Translations under genes and position numbers: made by a program
Shown here: one piece after another, positions 42,703 to 51,487 of the stretch
Numbering within the stretch: the first letter of the stretch is position 1
How the letters are laid out: the number at the start of each line of letters is the position of its first letter
Notes under the pieces: generated by a model
What the model saw: only the letters and a program-made list of their open reading frames with translations
Databases searched by the model: none
What the model was told of the DNA's origin: nothing
From: a virus
Taxonomy: Duplodnaviria; Caudoviricetes
Strand: one strand, 5' to 3'
Virus record (IMG/VR): IMGVR_UViG_3300023269_000002
Coordinates: 1 to 55,701 of that record
DNA: 55,701 nucleotides

Positions 42703-43296
42703 TCACGGCGTGGCCACCTGCCCGCCCCACTGCGCGGCCATCGCCAGCGCGACCCCCTGGTACGTCCTCGAGCGGGCCCTCGCCCGCCCCTTGCTGTCCG
42801 GCATCCGCCATGCCCGTTGCTCCCTTCCCTCGACGACGTCCGTGGCCTCGAGCCGCGGCAGGCCGCGCAACCACAGGCACGTGGTCTTGACCTCGCCGTG
42901 CCCGAACTGCCACGGCTGGATGATCTGGTCCGGCCTGCGCCACGCGGTCGACAGGTAGCCGACCGGGTTCTCGATCGCGACCCGGTCCGCGTTCGGGTGC
43001 TCGGCGAGCGCGAGCGCGAACTCGACCGCGCGCTGCTGCGCCCCGCTCTCCCGCTTCGCCGGCCACCAGCGAGCGCCGGACGCGGCGAGGTCGGTGCACG
43101 GCGGGAAGCCGAGGACGAGGTCCCACTGCCCGCCGTTGTCGAGCACCTCGAGCACGTCGCCCTGCAGGTGCCGTTCGGGGTCGCCGTCGGTCGGCTCGAG
43201 GTCGCACGACCACGCGTCGTGGCCGAGCGCGAGGAACGCGTCCCGGACCACGGCGCTGAACTCGCACGCGGCGAGCACCCGGAGGCGTGCCGTCAC
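42703..43296 (-). CDS. Short DNA cytosine-C5 methyltransferase-like protein
   Basis: VLAACEFS..VR.AF...G.DAWSCDL, GFPPCT (motif IV), IENPV (motif VI), RSRTY.G.A.AMA.QW. Confidence 0.8.
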   Translation of the reverse strand: MTARLRVLAACEFSAVVRDAFLALGHDAWSCDLEPTDGDPERHLQGDVLEVLDNGGQWDLVLGFPPCTDLAASGARWWPAKRESGAQQRAVEFALALAEHPNADRVAIENPVGYLSTAWRRPDQIIQPWQFGHGEVKTTCLWLRGLPRLEATDVVEGREQRAWRMPDSKGRARARSRTYQGVALAMAAQWGGQVATP

Positions 43297-43577
43297 TGGC
43301 CGGACCGGCGCAGGCGCTCGGCCGCCGTGGCGAGCGAGACCCGCGGGGCGTCGTCCCGACGGACGGCCGTCCACCTGGGGTTGTAGCGCAGCTCGTCCGT
43401 GCTGACGATCTCGACGAAGTCGCCGGAGGAGTCGAGGAGGGCGACGTGCCCCTCGGGGGCGTCCGCCTGGTCCTGGTCGATGGCGAACTCGATGCCGTCC
43501 CGCCTGTCCAGGATGACCCCCGGAAGGACCAGGTAGGCGTGCTCGTCGGCGCTGTAGATGTTCTCGGTGTGCGTCAT
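43293..43577 (-). CDS. Hypothetical protein (leaderless, MTHTE...)
   Basis: ATG 7 nt after the -10. Confidence 0.7.
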   Translation of the reverse strand: MTHTENIYSADEHAYLVLPGVILDRRDGIEFAIDQDQADAPEGHVALLDSSGDFVEIVSTDELRYNPRWTAVRRDDAPRVSLATAAERLRRSGQ

Positions 43578-43584
43578 GTGGGCA

Positions 43585-43613
43585 ACAGTACCCCCCATGG
43601 TGGGGGGTGTCAA
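43585..43613 (-). promoter_or_regulatory. Operator-spacer promoter, leaderless
   Basis: TTGACA-CCCCCCACCATGGGGGG(17)-TACTGT-7 nt-ATG. Confidence 0.88.
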
Positions 43614-43713
43614 CACGGCTCGCATGTTCGGTTCTCCGGTCCGTGAGAGGTCGAGACTTCCCGCAGGTCGGCGCGTCGGACCCTGCTCGAGGGCGACGCG
43701 CCGACCACACCCC

Positions 43714-44091
43714 CTACCCCTGGGGGTCGAGAGCCTGCCGCAGGTCTGCCATGGGGACAGTCTTGCGCCGGACGTCCAGCAGGGACCGCGCGCGGGCGAG
43801 CGCCACCAGCTCGGCGGCGACCTGCTCGCGAGCCCTGCGCGTGACCTCCTGCAGCTCCTCCTGGTGCCGCGCGAACTCGGCGCGCTGGCGCTGGGCGCAG
43901 CCCTCGTTCGCCTCGCCCAGCTCGTCGCGGGGCACCACGCGGGCCCACAGGGCGCGCACCCCGGCGAGGAAGACCGGCTCGCCCTCGCGCCCCTTGCCGT
44001 GGTGCGTGGCGTCCGTGAGCGCTTTGTTCATGGCCGCGACCAGGTACGACGGCACCTCGTCGCCGAGCGAGTCGAAATAGCTGCGACTCAT
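43714..44091 (-). CDS. Hypothetical protein
   Basis: AAGGGA RBS, ATGA overlap. Confidence 0.6.
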   Translation of the reverse strand: MSRSYFDSLGDEVPSYLVAAMNKALTDATHHGKGREGEPVFLAGVRALWARVVPRDELGEANEGCAQRQRAEFARHQEELQEVTRRAREQVAAELVALARARSLLDVRRKTVPMADLRQALDPQG

Positions 44092-44189
44092 GCCCAGTCC
44101 CTTCGGGTCTTCCACCAGATGAGCAGTTCGCGGGCGAACGTCGCCCCCGACAGCACGGGGGCGACGACGCCGAGCAGCACGGTCAGCAT
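44088..44189 (-). CDS. Small membrane peptide
   Basis: MLTVLLGVVAPVLSGATFARELLIWW; AGGAG upstream. Confidence 0.45.
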   Translation of the reverse strand: MLTVLLGVVAPVLSGATFARELLIWWKTRRDWA

Positions 44190-45703
44190 CCGGCGCGCTC
44201 CTGCAGCATGGCCGCGCGGCGGGCGGCGGACACCGTGACGGCAACGCTGGCGATGTACTCGGCCAGCGTCATCGTGACCACGCGCTGCCCGGTCGATCGG
44301 TGCTGGTGGGTGCAGCCGTCCGCGCACGAGGAGTCGTGCTCGCCCTCCTGCGGGGCGTCGACCCCGTAGAACTCACGGACGACCGGGTCCGTCGACTTCT
44401 GGCGTGCCTCGTCGAACATGCGTTCCAGTCCGCGCTTGTCCTCGGCCAGCTCGGCGGGCGTCTTCGGTCGGCCGCGCGGGTCCGCCCGCGGGGCGCTCGG
44501 CACGGCGTCCGCGCGTTCCAGCTCGTCGGCCTCGTGCTCCCACACCTCGCCGTCGACGGTGCGGGCGAACACTGTCTCGCCGACGACCTCGAACACTTCG
44601 GCCGTTGCCCCGTCGAGCTGGCGCACCTGCTCGCCCACGGCGAACGGGACCGGCCTGGTCACGGACGAGACCACGCGGCAGGGGTAGCTAGCGTCGGCGT
44701 ATTCCTGCTGCTTGTGCTCGGCTAGGCAGCGGGTCGCGTACGGGCCCAGCACGTCGTGTCGGTCGGTGAGGCGCTGGCCGACCAGGGGCACGACCCAGTA
44801 GCTCGAGTCGATGCCCAACCGGACCGGCTTGGCGCGCGGCACCTCGCCAACCAGGTGGCAGTCATCCTTTTCGAGCACGCCTTCGAGAGCGTGCGCCGGG
44901 TGGCCGGGAAACGCAGCGCCCGTGCACGCGCTACCCGCGGGGCAACCGGCCGTGAGTTGGGCGACGGTCTTCGCGAGCGCGTTGTTCGCCCCGGCGACCC
45001 ACGACCGGAGCGCCTGCCGCGCCTGCCCGACGCCCTCGTGATCGGTCGCGATCCAGTCGTCCTCGATCAGCGCGTCCAGGTCGCGGTGCAGCTCGTAACG
45101 CTCGTCGCTCTCGGCGACCAGGTTGACGCCCTCGGCGTCACTGCCCAGCACGCGGAACAGCAGGCCGGAGTCGCTGCGTCGCATGTAGACGGGCGCGGGC
45201 CGACCCTCGGCGCGGGCGAAGACGACGTTCATCATCTCCGGGGTCGCGTCGACCCACTTCGGGGACTGGTCGGGCTCGTCGAGGTCGACGGTCCACAGCC
45301 GCGTGCGCCCGTTGACCAGCTCGGTTCCGACCGCTGCGATGCGCTTGAGGTGCGGGTCGATCAGCACCTGCGAGTCACGGAGCTGCGCGGCCGCGAGCGC
45401 GGTGTGCATGGCCGCGTCGTTGACCCGGCGCAGGTGCTCGATCACGGCGAAGCACTCGGCGGAACGGACGTTGCTCACGTAGGTGGGCTTCACGCCCGCG
45501 GCCGCGCAGCCCTCGTCCGTCAGCCTGAACATGCCGCGTTCCGTGGCGCTTTCCTGCACCAGGCCAGCGGCGACCAGCGACCGCCACGTGTTCGGCCGCA
45601 CGAAGGACAGGCCGACGTACTCGTGCCCCAGGTACCCCGCCAGGCGGTCGAGGGTCTCGCGCTGCTTCTCGGTCAGCTTCACCGTTGCTCCCTTGTTCGT
45701 CAT
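44183..45703 (-). CDS. Large multidomain hypothetical protein (leaderless, MTNKG...)
   Basis: N-terminal KLTEKQ...L...GLV...F.LT.EG winged-helix-like segment. Confidence 0.75.
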   Translation of the reverse strand: MTNKGATVKLTEKQRETLDRLAGYLGHEYVGLSFVRPNTWRSLVAAGLVQESATERGMFRLTDEGCAAAGVKPTYVSNVRSAECFAVIEHLRRVNDAAMHTALAAAQLRDSQVLIDPHLKRIAAVGTELVNGRTRLWTVDLDEPDQSPKWVDATPEMMNVVFARAEGRPAPVYMRRSDSGLLFRVLGSDAEGVNLVAESDERYELHRDLDALIEDDWIATDHEGVGQARQALRSWVAGANNALAKTVAQLTAGCPAGSACTGAAFPGHPAHALEGVLEKDDCHLVGEVPRAKPVRLGIDSSYWVVPLVGQRLTDRHDVLGPYATRCLAEHKQQEYADASYPCRVVSSVTRPVPFAVGEQVRQLDGATAEVFEVVGETVFARTVDGEVWEHEADELERADAVPSAPRADPRGRPKTPAELAEDKRGLERMFDEARQKSTDPVVREFYGVDAPQEGEHDSSCADGCTHQHRSTGQRVVTMTLAEYIASVAVTVSAARRAAMLQERAGC

Positions 45704-45710
45704 AGGAGTG

Positions 45711-45740
45711 ACCCTACCCCCCTACCGTGGGGGGTGTCAA
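45711..45740 (-). promoter_or_regulatory. Operator-spacer promoter, leaderless
   Basis: TTGACA-CCCCCCACGGTAGGGGGG(18)-TAGGGT-7 nt-ATG. Confidence 0.85.
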
Positions 45741-45830
45741 ATCTGGGGGCAAACCAAACGGCCGAGGGGTCCGGGGTCCAACCCGAAACACCTCGGCCGC
45801 AGGTCAGCGGGCGTGACCGCTGAGGGTCGT

Positions 45831-46457
45831 CTACTTTTGCCGCGTGGTTTGAGGGGCGCTGGTGGTGCTGGGCTGGTCTTCGGCGGTCCCCGTGGTGGGG
45901 GTGTCGATGGTGCGCCACGGGGCGAGGTAGACGTCGCGGGCGATGAGGGTCAGGTTCTGCCAGCTTGTCTGGGCGAGCTGGTCGGGGGCGGACTGTTTGG
46001 CGTGCCAGGTGCGGGCGAGGCGTTCGGCGTGTGCTCCGGTGCCGATGGTCTCGACGCGCTCCTCGCCTTCCCGCCCGTACTGCAGGGCCCACTCGGTGAT
46101 GTGGGCGACGGGCTGGCGCTGGTCGCCCTGCTCGACGCCGAGGGCGTGGCGCTGGTCGGCGGTCAGGTAGTCGACCGCCTGGCGGGCGACGGCGTACACG
46201 AGGGTGCCGGAGCACTGCGGCTGGATGGCCTCCTGATCAGGCCGCAGGGGGGCCGAGTAGGACAGGTCGGCGAGGCTGTCGTCGGCGAACCGGTACACCC
46301 GGTGCTGGCGGACCTCCCACCGTCCGGCCGTGCCGCGGTACTCGCGGACGAGGTCGGGCAGCGCGTCCGGGAACAGCTCGGCGAGCAGGTCGTCGAGCGA
46401 CTGGTGCTGGCCACGCAGCCCGTTGACCACGTCGATGATGCGCTCCGCGTCGCTCAC
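45831..46457 (-). CDS. Hypothetical protein
   Basis: GTGA overlap; followed by hairpin CGGCCGAGG...CCTCGGCCG at 45759-45799. Confidence 0.6.
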   Translation of the reverse strand: MSDAERIIDVVNGLRGQHQSLDDLLAELFPDALPDLVREYRGTAGRWEVRQHRVYRFADDSLADLSYSAPLRPDQEAIQPQCSGTLVYAVARQAVDYLTADQRHALGVEQGDQRQPVAHITEWALQYGREGEERVETIGTGAHAERLARTWHAKQSAPDQLAQTSWQNLTLIARDVYLAPWRTIDTPTTGTAEDQPSTTSAPQTTRQK

Positions 46458-47026
46458 TGCCCGCCCCCCTGTCGCTTCTCCTCGGCCTCGACCAGCTTCT
46501 CGAGTTCCTCGCGGGCGTCCTTCGTGCCCGCGAGCTCTTCGCCTCCGGACATCCGGGGCGGGGTGTTGATCTTCATCGGCGCTTCCTCCCTCGTCTCCTG
46601 CTGAACCTGACCTCGCTCGCGCACGGCGCGCAGAGCGGCTGTGTAGGGCACGCCGTGCTCCTGCTGGTACCGGCGCGCTGCCCGCTTGAGCTGGGTGCTG
46701 GGCACGGGGTGACCTCGCTTCGACCTCTTCGTGACTGGCGCTGGCGACGGGTGCCACCAGCTCGGGTGGACGAACACGTCCTCGCGGACCGCGGTCGACG
46801 TGGGCGTCCAGGTGAGACCGCCGTAGCGCTCCGGCGGGTAGTCGCCAACCCAGTAGACCTGCGCGTCCGGCGGGACGAACTCGGCGTGCAGCAGAGGACG
46901 GATCGAGCCGTCGCGCCGGGCGACGTGGCGTGACCAGGTGGCGGACAGCTCGCGCGCCTCCGCCCGACGAGCCACCGTCTCCGTCCAGCGGTCGAACCTC
47001 GCCCGGTCCCTGCGCGTGCTGCTCAC
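46454..47026 (-). CDS. Hypothetical protein
   Basis: GTGA overlaps; LKRAARRYQQEHGVPYTAALRAV segment. Confidence 0.55.
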   Translation of the reverse strand: MSSTRRDRARFDRWTETVARRAEARELSATWSRHVARRDGSIRPLLHAEFVPPDAQVYWVGDYPPERYGGLTWTPTSTAVREDVFVHPSWWHPSPAPVTKRSKRGHPVPSTQLKRAARRYQQEHGVPYTAALRAVRERGQVQQETREEAPMKINTPPRMSGGEELAGTKDAREELEKLVEAEEKRQGGGQ

Positions 47027-47355
47027 GAGGACGACGCCCGCTCGGCCGCGGCGAGGATGCGCTGCAGGTGCCGGACTTTCGTCCCGACCTCCGCCAGCTC
47101 GCCCGCGAAGTCGGGGCCCTCCGCCCCCTCGGTGAACTCCACCCAGTACAGGCGCGAGGACATGAGCGCCTGCGTCGACTGGCCGATCTGGTCCAGCTCG
47201 GCCGTGATGGTGAGCAGCCCCTGCCGGATGTCGCGCAGGTGGTCGTCGATCTCGGCCCCGTGCTCGTCGACCTCCTCGAGCGCACCGCCGAGGGACTCCG
47301 GCAGGGGTACGCCAGGCGGGCGGGCGTCGGTGCTGAAGTCCGTCACGTCGGACAT
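47023..47355 (-). CDS. Hypothetical coiled-coil protein
   Basis: GGAGG RBS. Confidence 0.7.
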   Translation of the reverse strand: MSDVTDFSTDARPPGVPLPESLGGALEEVDEHGAEIDDHLRDIRQGLLTITAELDQIGQSTQALMSSRLYWVEFTEGAEGPDFAGELAEVGTKVRHLQRILAAAERASSS

Positions 47356-47364
47356 GAGCCCTCC

Positions 47365-47808
47365 TCAGAACCAGTAGGGGCGGCCGTCGGCGTAGCCGTC
47401 CGGCTCGCGCTCGCGGTAGGTCGCCATCGGCCAGGCCGCGGTGCGGGTGCTGCCCTCCCACACGTGGTGCTGCAGCTTCCACACCATGCGCAGCTCGTCG
47501 CCCTCGTAACCGGAGATCGACAGCACGCGGAACCGCACGTCGGCGAAGTCGACGGGCCCCTCGTGCGTGAGCGCCATCTCGGGTGCGCAGACGAGCGGCA
47601 CCTGCGCGATGTCGCCCGCTCGCGTCCGGACGTCGAGGAAGAACTGCGACTCGAACGGCAGCAGCTTCGGCACGCTGGGGTGCGCGTCGGAGCCGGGCGG
47701 CACCTCGACCGAGCACGACCTCGTCGGAGGCATGGCCGGTTCGGTCGGCAGCTCGGCGGCGACGGCGATCGGGTGCGGTGCCGCGGTGAACCTGACGCCC
47801 TCCCTCAT
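47365..47808 (-). CDS. Hypothetical protein
   Basis: ATGA overlap. Confidence 0.6.
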   Translation of the reverse strand: MREGVRFTAAPHPIAVAAELPTEPAMPPTRSCSVEVPPGSDAHPSVPKLLPFESQFFLDVRTRAGDIAQVPLVCAPEMALTHEGPVDFADVRFRVLSISGYEGDELRMVWKLQHHVWEGSTRTAAWPMATYREREPDGYADGRPYWF

Positions 47809-48209
47809 CGCGGCACCCGGCATCCCGCGAGGTGGTGCTCGAGGGCGAGGGCGACCAGGTGCGGGAGTCCGGCGGCATCGGGGTAGCCGTCAACCGTCTC
47901 GCGCCAGGTGCAGGGGTCGTGCCCGATGGTGACCGCCTGCGGGCTCACATCCGCCGAGGGGTGAACCCGGTACTCGGCGAGCTTCTGCGCCAGCGGCACG
48001 ACGCCGATCACGGAGCCTGACGCGGCCGCCAGCGCCTCGCCGAGCGTCTGGGAGGGCGCGGGGGTCGGAGGGGCGTCGACGCGCCGGAGCGTGATGCTGA
48101 GGGCGTTCGGGTCGACAGGGTCCGGGGCGATGGCCTCGACCCGGAACGTCTGCGCCGAGCCGTCGGGCGTGGTGACGGTGAGCGCGTCGCCCTTGCGGTA
48201 GTCGATCAT
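47805..48209 (-). CDS. Hypothetical protein
   Basis: GAGGAG RBS, ATGA overlap. Confidence 0.65.
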   Translation of the reverse strand: MIDYRKGDALTVTTPDGSAQTFRVEAIAPDPVDPNALSITLRRVDAPPTPAPSQTLGEALAAASGSVIGVVPLAQKLAEYRVHPSADVSPQAVTIGHDPCTWRETVDGYPDAAGLPHLVALALEHHLAGCRVPR

Positions 48210-49159
48210 GAACGGATCTCCTCTGCGTCGAGACGGATCTGCGCCTCCGGCCAGGCCGCGGTGTCCACGCCGAGCAGCGCCCCGCGGACGGTCCACGTGT
48301 GGAACGTCAGGCTCGCGTCGTCGCCGTAGGTGTAGTCGCCGTCGACCGCCGTCACCTCGAGACCGACCGCGGCGTCCTCGCCGCGCAGCAAGCGCTCGAG
48401 GAGGTCCGGCGCGTGCTCGGTCAGGTAGTCGACGCGCAGCACCCCGTGCGCCACGACGTGCTGATCGAGCAGGCCGACACCCAGGATGGTGCCGCCGATG
48501 TGCGCCTGCCCATCACCGTTGCGCACCGTCAGCGGCAACGGGGTGTCGCGGTAGGCGACGAACATCTCCGGCCGTGCCAGCGTCCGGCCGTCGACGCTGG
48601 GCTGCTCGACCATGCCGAGCGTGCCGGACCAGCGGACGACCTTGCGCTCTACCGCGCCGGCGGCTTCGGCTTGTCCAGCTCCTCGTGCAGGCGCTCCTGG
48701 ATCTTGTCCACCAGGTCCGCCGGGGGCGGGTCGTTCGGGGGCGTCGGGTTCGACATCGGGCGTGGCCTCCACTGGGTAGCGGTTGAGCAGGGCTTTCACT
48801 TGCGGGTAGGCGCAGTTGCCGTGCGCGTCCCTCGGCCAGTGCGCGGAGCACTCGCCGAACAGGTCGACGCGGCACTCGCCGAGGTCGGTGTCGATGTGGC
48901 ACTCGAGCAGGTAGAGCGCCTCCTGCAGGGCGCGCTCGTGCTCGCACCGGTCGCGGCTCCGGCCGTGCTGCCAGCGCCGGTACTGCAGGACGGTGTAGTC
49001 CGCCAGCAGGTACAGCGCGACGGACGCGACGAGCAGGACCAACAGGCTGATCGGGCCGTCCTCGACGAACATGCGGCGAGCGCCCACGATCGTGAGGAAG
49101 GCCAGGAAGACGAACGTCAGCACGTCGAGCGTGCGGAGGATCTTGTCGCGCAGGCTCAC
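48206..49159 (-). CDS. Membrane protein with C-terminal domain resembling the prohead-protease N-terminal domain
   Basis: Two TM segments, a Cys/His cluster, then W.G.LG.VE.PSVDGR.L...R.TPLPL...IGG.I...A.G...VRGALL...AAW.EA.I. Confidence 0.65.
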   Translation of the reverse strand: MSLRDKILRTLDVLTFVFLAFLTIVGARRMFVEDGPISLLVLLVASVALYLLADYTVLQYRRWQHGRSRDRCEHERALQEALYLLECHIDTDLGECRVDLFGECSAHWPRDAHGNCAYPQVKALLNRYPVEATPDVEPDAPERPAPGGPGGQDPGAPARGAGQAEAAGAVERKVVRWSGTLGMVEQPSVDGRTLARPEMFVAYRDTPLPLTVRNGDGQAHIGGTILGVGLLDQHVVAHGVLRVDYLTEHAPDLLERLLRGEDAAVGLEVTAVDGDYTYGDDASLTFHTWTVRGALLGVDTAAWPEAQIRLDAEEIRS

Positions 49160-49341
49160 CGGACACGCGCCACGGTGCGGAACCCGGCGACGGCCAGCGC
49201 CAGCGGGAAGCTCACGGCGGCGACGCTGCCCCACAGCGGGAGCCAGCCGGACAGGATGAGCGAGGCGCTGAGGCCGCCCAGCAGGACGAGCACGGACAGC
49301 GGCTCCGCGATGGTGGTGCGCTTCGGGGGGTTTGTGGTCAC
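49156..49341 (-). CDS. Small membrane protein
   Basis: Two hydrophobic segments; GTGA overlaps. Confidence 0.55.
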   Translation of the reverse strand: MTTNPPKRTTIAEPLSVLVLLGGLSASLILSGWLPLWGSVAAVSFPLALAVAGFRTVARVR

Positions 49342-49442
49342 CGGAGTGCCTTCCGGACGAGGCCGAACGTCACGAGGACGGCGGCGAGGGCGGTCGCGAT
49401 GGAAGCGAAGCAGCCCTTCTTCGGGGCTGCGTGCTGCAGCAC
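49338..49442 (-). CDS. Small membrane peptide
   Basis: Not in the track; AAAGGA RBS; MLQHAAPKKGCFASIATALAAVLVTFGLVRKALR. Confidence 0.5.
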   Translation of the reverse strand: MLQHAAPKKGCFASIATALAAVLVTFGLVRKALR

Positions 49443-49464
49443 GTCGGGTCCTTTCGGGGTAGCG

Positions 49465-49497
49465 ACACTCTACCACCCATCATGGGGGGTAGAGTGG
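49465..49497 (-). promoter_or_regulatory. Operator palindrome with extended arms and TAGAGT -10
   Basis: CACTCTACCACCC-ATCAT-GGGGGGTAGAGTG; -35 poor. Confidence 0.7.
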
Positions 49498-49835
49498 CTG
49501 GGTTGACGGTAGGTTGCGCCAAGCGCGTCGAGCACGTCCTCGGCGACGGCCTGGTCCCGCGCCGCGCCGAGGGTGGCGGCGACGGCGCGCTGCTCGCGCC
49601 AGTAGGTGATGTCGCGTGCACGCTGCACGGACTGCTCACGGAGCTGGGCGAACCGCTGTTCTGCGATCCGGGCGCGACGTGCGCGAACGCCCCGCGTAAT
49701 GGTCCACACCCAGGAGACGAGCGGGACGAACAGCACGAGGGCGACGAGCGCGACGCGCTGGCGGCCTGTGGTGAATCCGGGCCACGACAGCCAGAGCGCC
49801 CCGCCGATCATGAGCCAGCCGATGAGCGTGTCCAC
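49470..49835 (-). CDS. Membrane protein
   Basis: AGGAGG RBS; two TM segments. Confidence 0.65.
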   Translation of the reverse strand: MDTLIGWLMIGGALWLSWPGFTTGRQRVALVALVLFVPLVSWVWTITRGVRARRARIAEQRFAQLREQSVQRARDITYWREQRAVAATLGAARDQAVAEDVLDALGATYRQPSHSTPHDGW

Positions 49836-49873
49836 GGGTTGCCTCCTGGGGTTCGGGTGCCTTGCTGCCGCGA

Positions 49874-49903
49874 ACTCTACCCCCCATCGTGGGGGGTACG
49901 CAA
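49874..49903 (-). promoter_or_regulatory. Operator-spacer promoter
   Basis: TTGCGT-ACCCCCCACGATGGGGGG(18)-TAGAGT. Confidence 0.8.
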
Positions 49904-50090
49904 CTCGCGTAGGCCAGACACGCCACCAGCACGACCGAGCAGAACGCCACCATCACGGGCGGATGCCACTCCGGGAGCCAGTACCGCGAGGCCGCCACCT
50001 GCGCCCACAGCCGCGAGAACATCATCGTCAGGCCGATGCCGTAGAGCAGCGCGTGCAGGAAACGAGTCACCCGCACGGCGCAGCGGACGG

Positions 50091-50198
50091 CTAGATCCAC
50101 CGGAACTGGGTGGCGAAGTACAGCAGCAGCAGGCCGACCGCGAGGCCACAGCCGATCGTCGCAGCCGCCACGGCCAGCGCCTTGAGGATCTCCCTCAC
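50091..50198 (-). CDS. Small membrane peptide
   Basis: GTGA overlap; one TM segment. Confidence 0.5.
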   Translation of the reverse strand: MREILKALAVAAATIGCGLAVGLLLLYFATQFRWI

Positions 50199-50401
50199 CG
50201 CTTCGCCGCCTTCTGCCGCCCGCGGAACACGTGCACCGCGAGCAGCGCGTCCGCCAGCACGTGCAGGCGGTCCCCCTGAAGCTGAACCAAGTTGTCCCAT
50301 GAGTCCCCCACCCAGACCGTGCCGTCCTCGTGCAGCGTCACGGTCATGTCGGTCCCGCCGTCTCGCAGCGGGAAGTGCCGGACGACCGGCGAGCTGGTCA
50401 C
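50195..50401 (-). CDS. Small hypothetical protein
   Basis: GTGA overlaps. Confidence 0.55.
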   Translation of the reverse strand: MTSSPVVRHFPLRDGGTDMTVTLHEDGTVWVGDSWDNLVQLQGDRLHVLADALLAVHVFRGRQKAAKR

Positions 50402-50577
50402 GACGCGTTCCGGAACAGGTAGCCGTGCGCCTCGAGGATGCCCAGGGTTGACGTGTCCTCCGGGTCTCCGCCGATCAGCTCGAGCGTCTGGTCCGGGTCG
50501 CCGTGGTTGACCCACTCGCTGCCGTCGTCGGCGATCATCACGCAAGGCAGGTCAGCGCCTGCTCGCGGGGTGAACAT
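50398..50577 (-). CDS. Small acidic hypothetical protein
   Basis: Coupled to the upstream stop. Confidence 0.55.
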   Translation of the reverse strand: MFTPRAGADLPCVMIADDGSEWVNHGDPDQTLELIGGDPEDTSTLGILEAHGYLFRNAS

Positions 50578-50825
50578 CACATCCCCACGACGGGGCCGGA
50601 GTAGCAGGCCAGGCCGTCGTGCGTCATGCCCGTGAAACGGAGGCCGCCGACCGGCGCGACCGCGGGGCGGCCGAGCTGGCGAGGGGCGGTGTAGGCCATC
50701 GGCCGGGCGAGCGCCGCGCGGGCCGCGGCGTAGACCTGCGGGCCGTTCGGGTCGATGAGCAGCGCGAGCGCGTACTCGTCGGTCAGGTCGCCGGAGAAGG
50801 TGGGGAAGTCGCCTGCGTTCGTCAT
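50577..50825 (-). CDS. Hypothetical protein (leaderless, MTNAG...)
   Basis: ATG 6 nt after the -10. Confidence 0.7.
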   Translation of the reverse strand: MTNAGDFPTFSGDLTDEYALALLIDPNGPQVYAAARAALARPMAYTAPRQLGRPAVAPVGGLRFTGMTHDGLACYSGPVVGM

Positions 50826-50831
50826 GCGCCC

Positions 50832-50861
50832 ACCTTAACCCCCCATCATGGGGGGTGTCAA
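50832..50861 (-). promoter_or_regulatory. Operator-spacer promoter, leaderless
   Basis: TTGACA-CCCCCCATGATGGGGGGT(18)-TAAGGT-6 nt-ATG. Confidence 0.87.
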
Positions 50862-50867
50862 ATAGTT

Positions 50868-50900
50868 GGGCCCCCTCGGTCGCAGCGAACGAGGGGGCCC
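50868..50900 (-). terminator. Hairpin closing the non-coding locus
   Basis: GGGCCCCCTCG...CGAGGGGGCCC. Confidence 0.65.
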
Positions 50901-51253
50901 TGCTCGGCACGTTGTGCGACCAACGGCCGTCCCGCTGGCGGGCGGGGAACCTAGGTGCTCGGCCGCCCCCGTTGCTTGATGAGCCTCAAGGGCCCTCGCT
51001 GCTTGGCGGGCGGCCGAGCTGGTGTGACCTAACGCGGCGAGCCCGCGAACAGGCTGACGGCGAAGCCACACCGTGCACCGGGCCAACTCCGTCCCCCGGT
51101 GCTGCCGCTGGCCATCTGCGTCAGGCCCAACCCAGCGGTTCCCAAACCATCCGCCCCTGCACCTAGCGGTTCGATGCGAGCGCCCTTCGGTGCTCGGCCC
51201 CCCGCTTGACGTGGCAGGTTATGGATTCCGTGGTCGCGATCACCTGCGACCAG

Positions 51254-51348
51254 CGAGCGAGCAGGGGGTCGAACCCTGCAACAGCACGCGGTTCGCGGGG
51301 GCGTGACTACCCGCTACTGTGCGCGCCGACGTCCAATGTCAGCCGCTC
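51254..51348 (-). ncRNA. tRNA-like element with extended anticodon arm
   Basis: GAGCGG/TCGCTC acceptor, D-like arm CTGAC-ATTGGAC-GTCGG, T arm GCAGGG-TTCGACC-CCCTGC. Confidence 0.5.
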
Positions 51349-51395
51349 TGCTTGCCGGCTACTTGCGGCTTCACGGGCCACGTTCACCTACTGCG

Positions 51396-51487
51396 TGTGC
51401 GACCGGGATTTGATACCCGGATTTCCCCACCTTGTGAACTCGGTTGCCCGAGTCCAACCCGGAGGCGTCCTGCTTGGACGACCGCAC
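51396..51487 (-). ncRNA. tRNA-like element with hairpin replacing the anticodon loop
   Basis: GTGCGG/TCGCAC acceptor, D arm GTCC-AAGCA-GGAC, T arm CCGGG-TATCAAAT-CCCGG. Confidence 0.5.

Noticed and set aside
49636-50100. Hydrophobic minus-strand ORF
   Set aside because: The 5' half looks like a membrane peptide, but the frame runs through an operator promoter and overlaps the next gene by 200 nt; boundaries cannot be supported.
51254-51487. Canonical tRNA genes
   Set aside because: No 7-nt anticodon loop, 6-bp acceptor stems and no CCA; kept only as tRNA-like.
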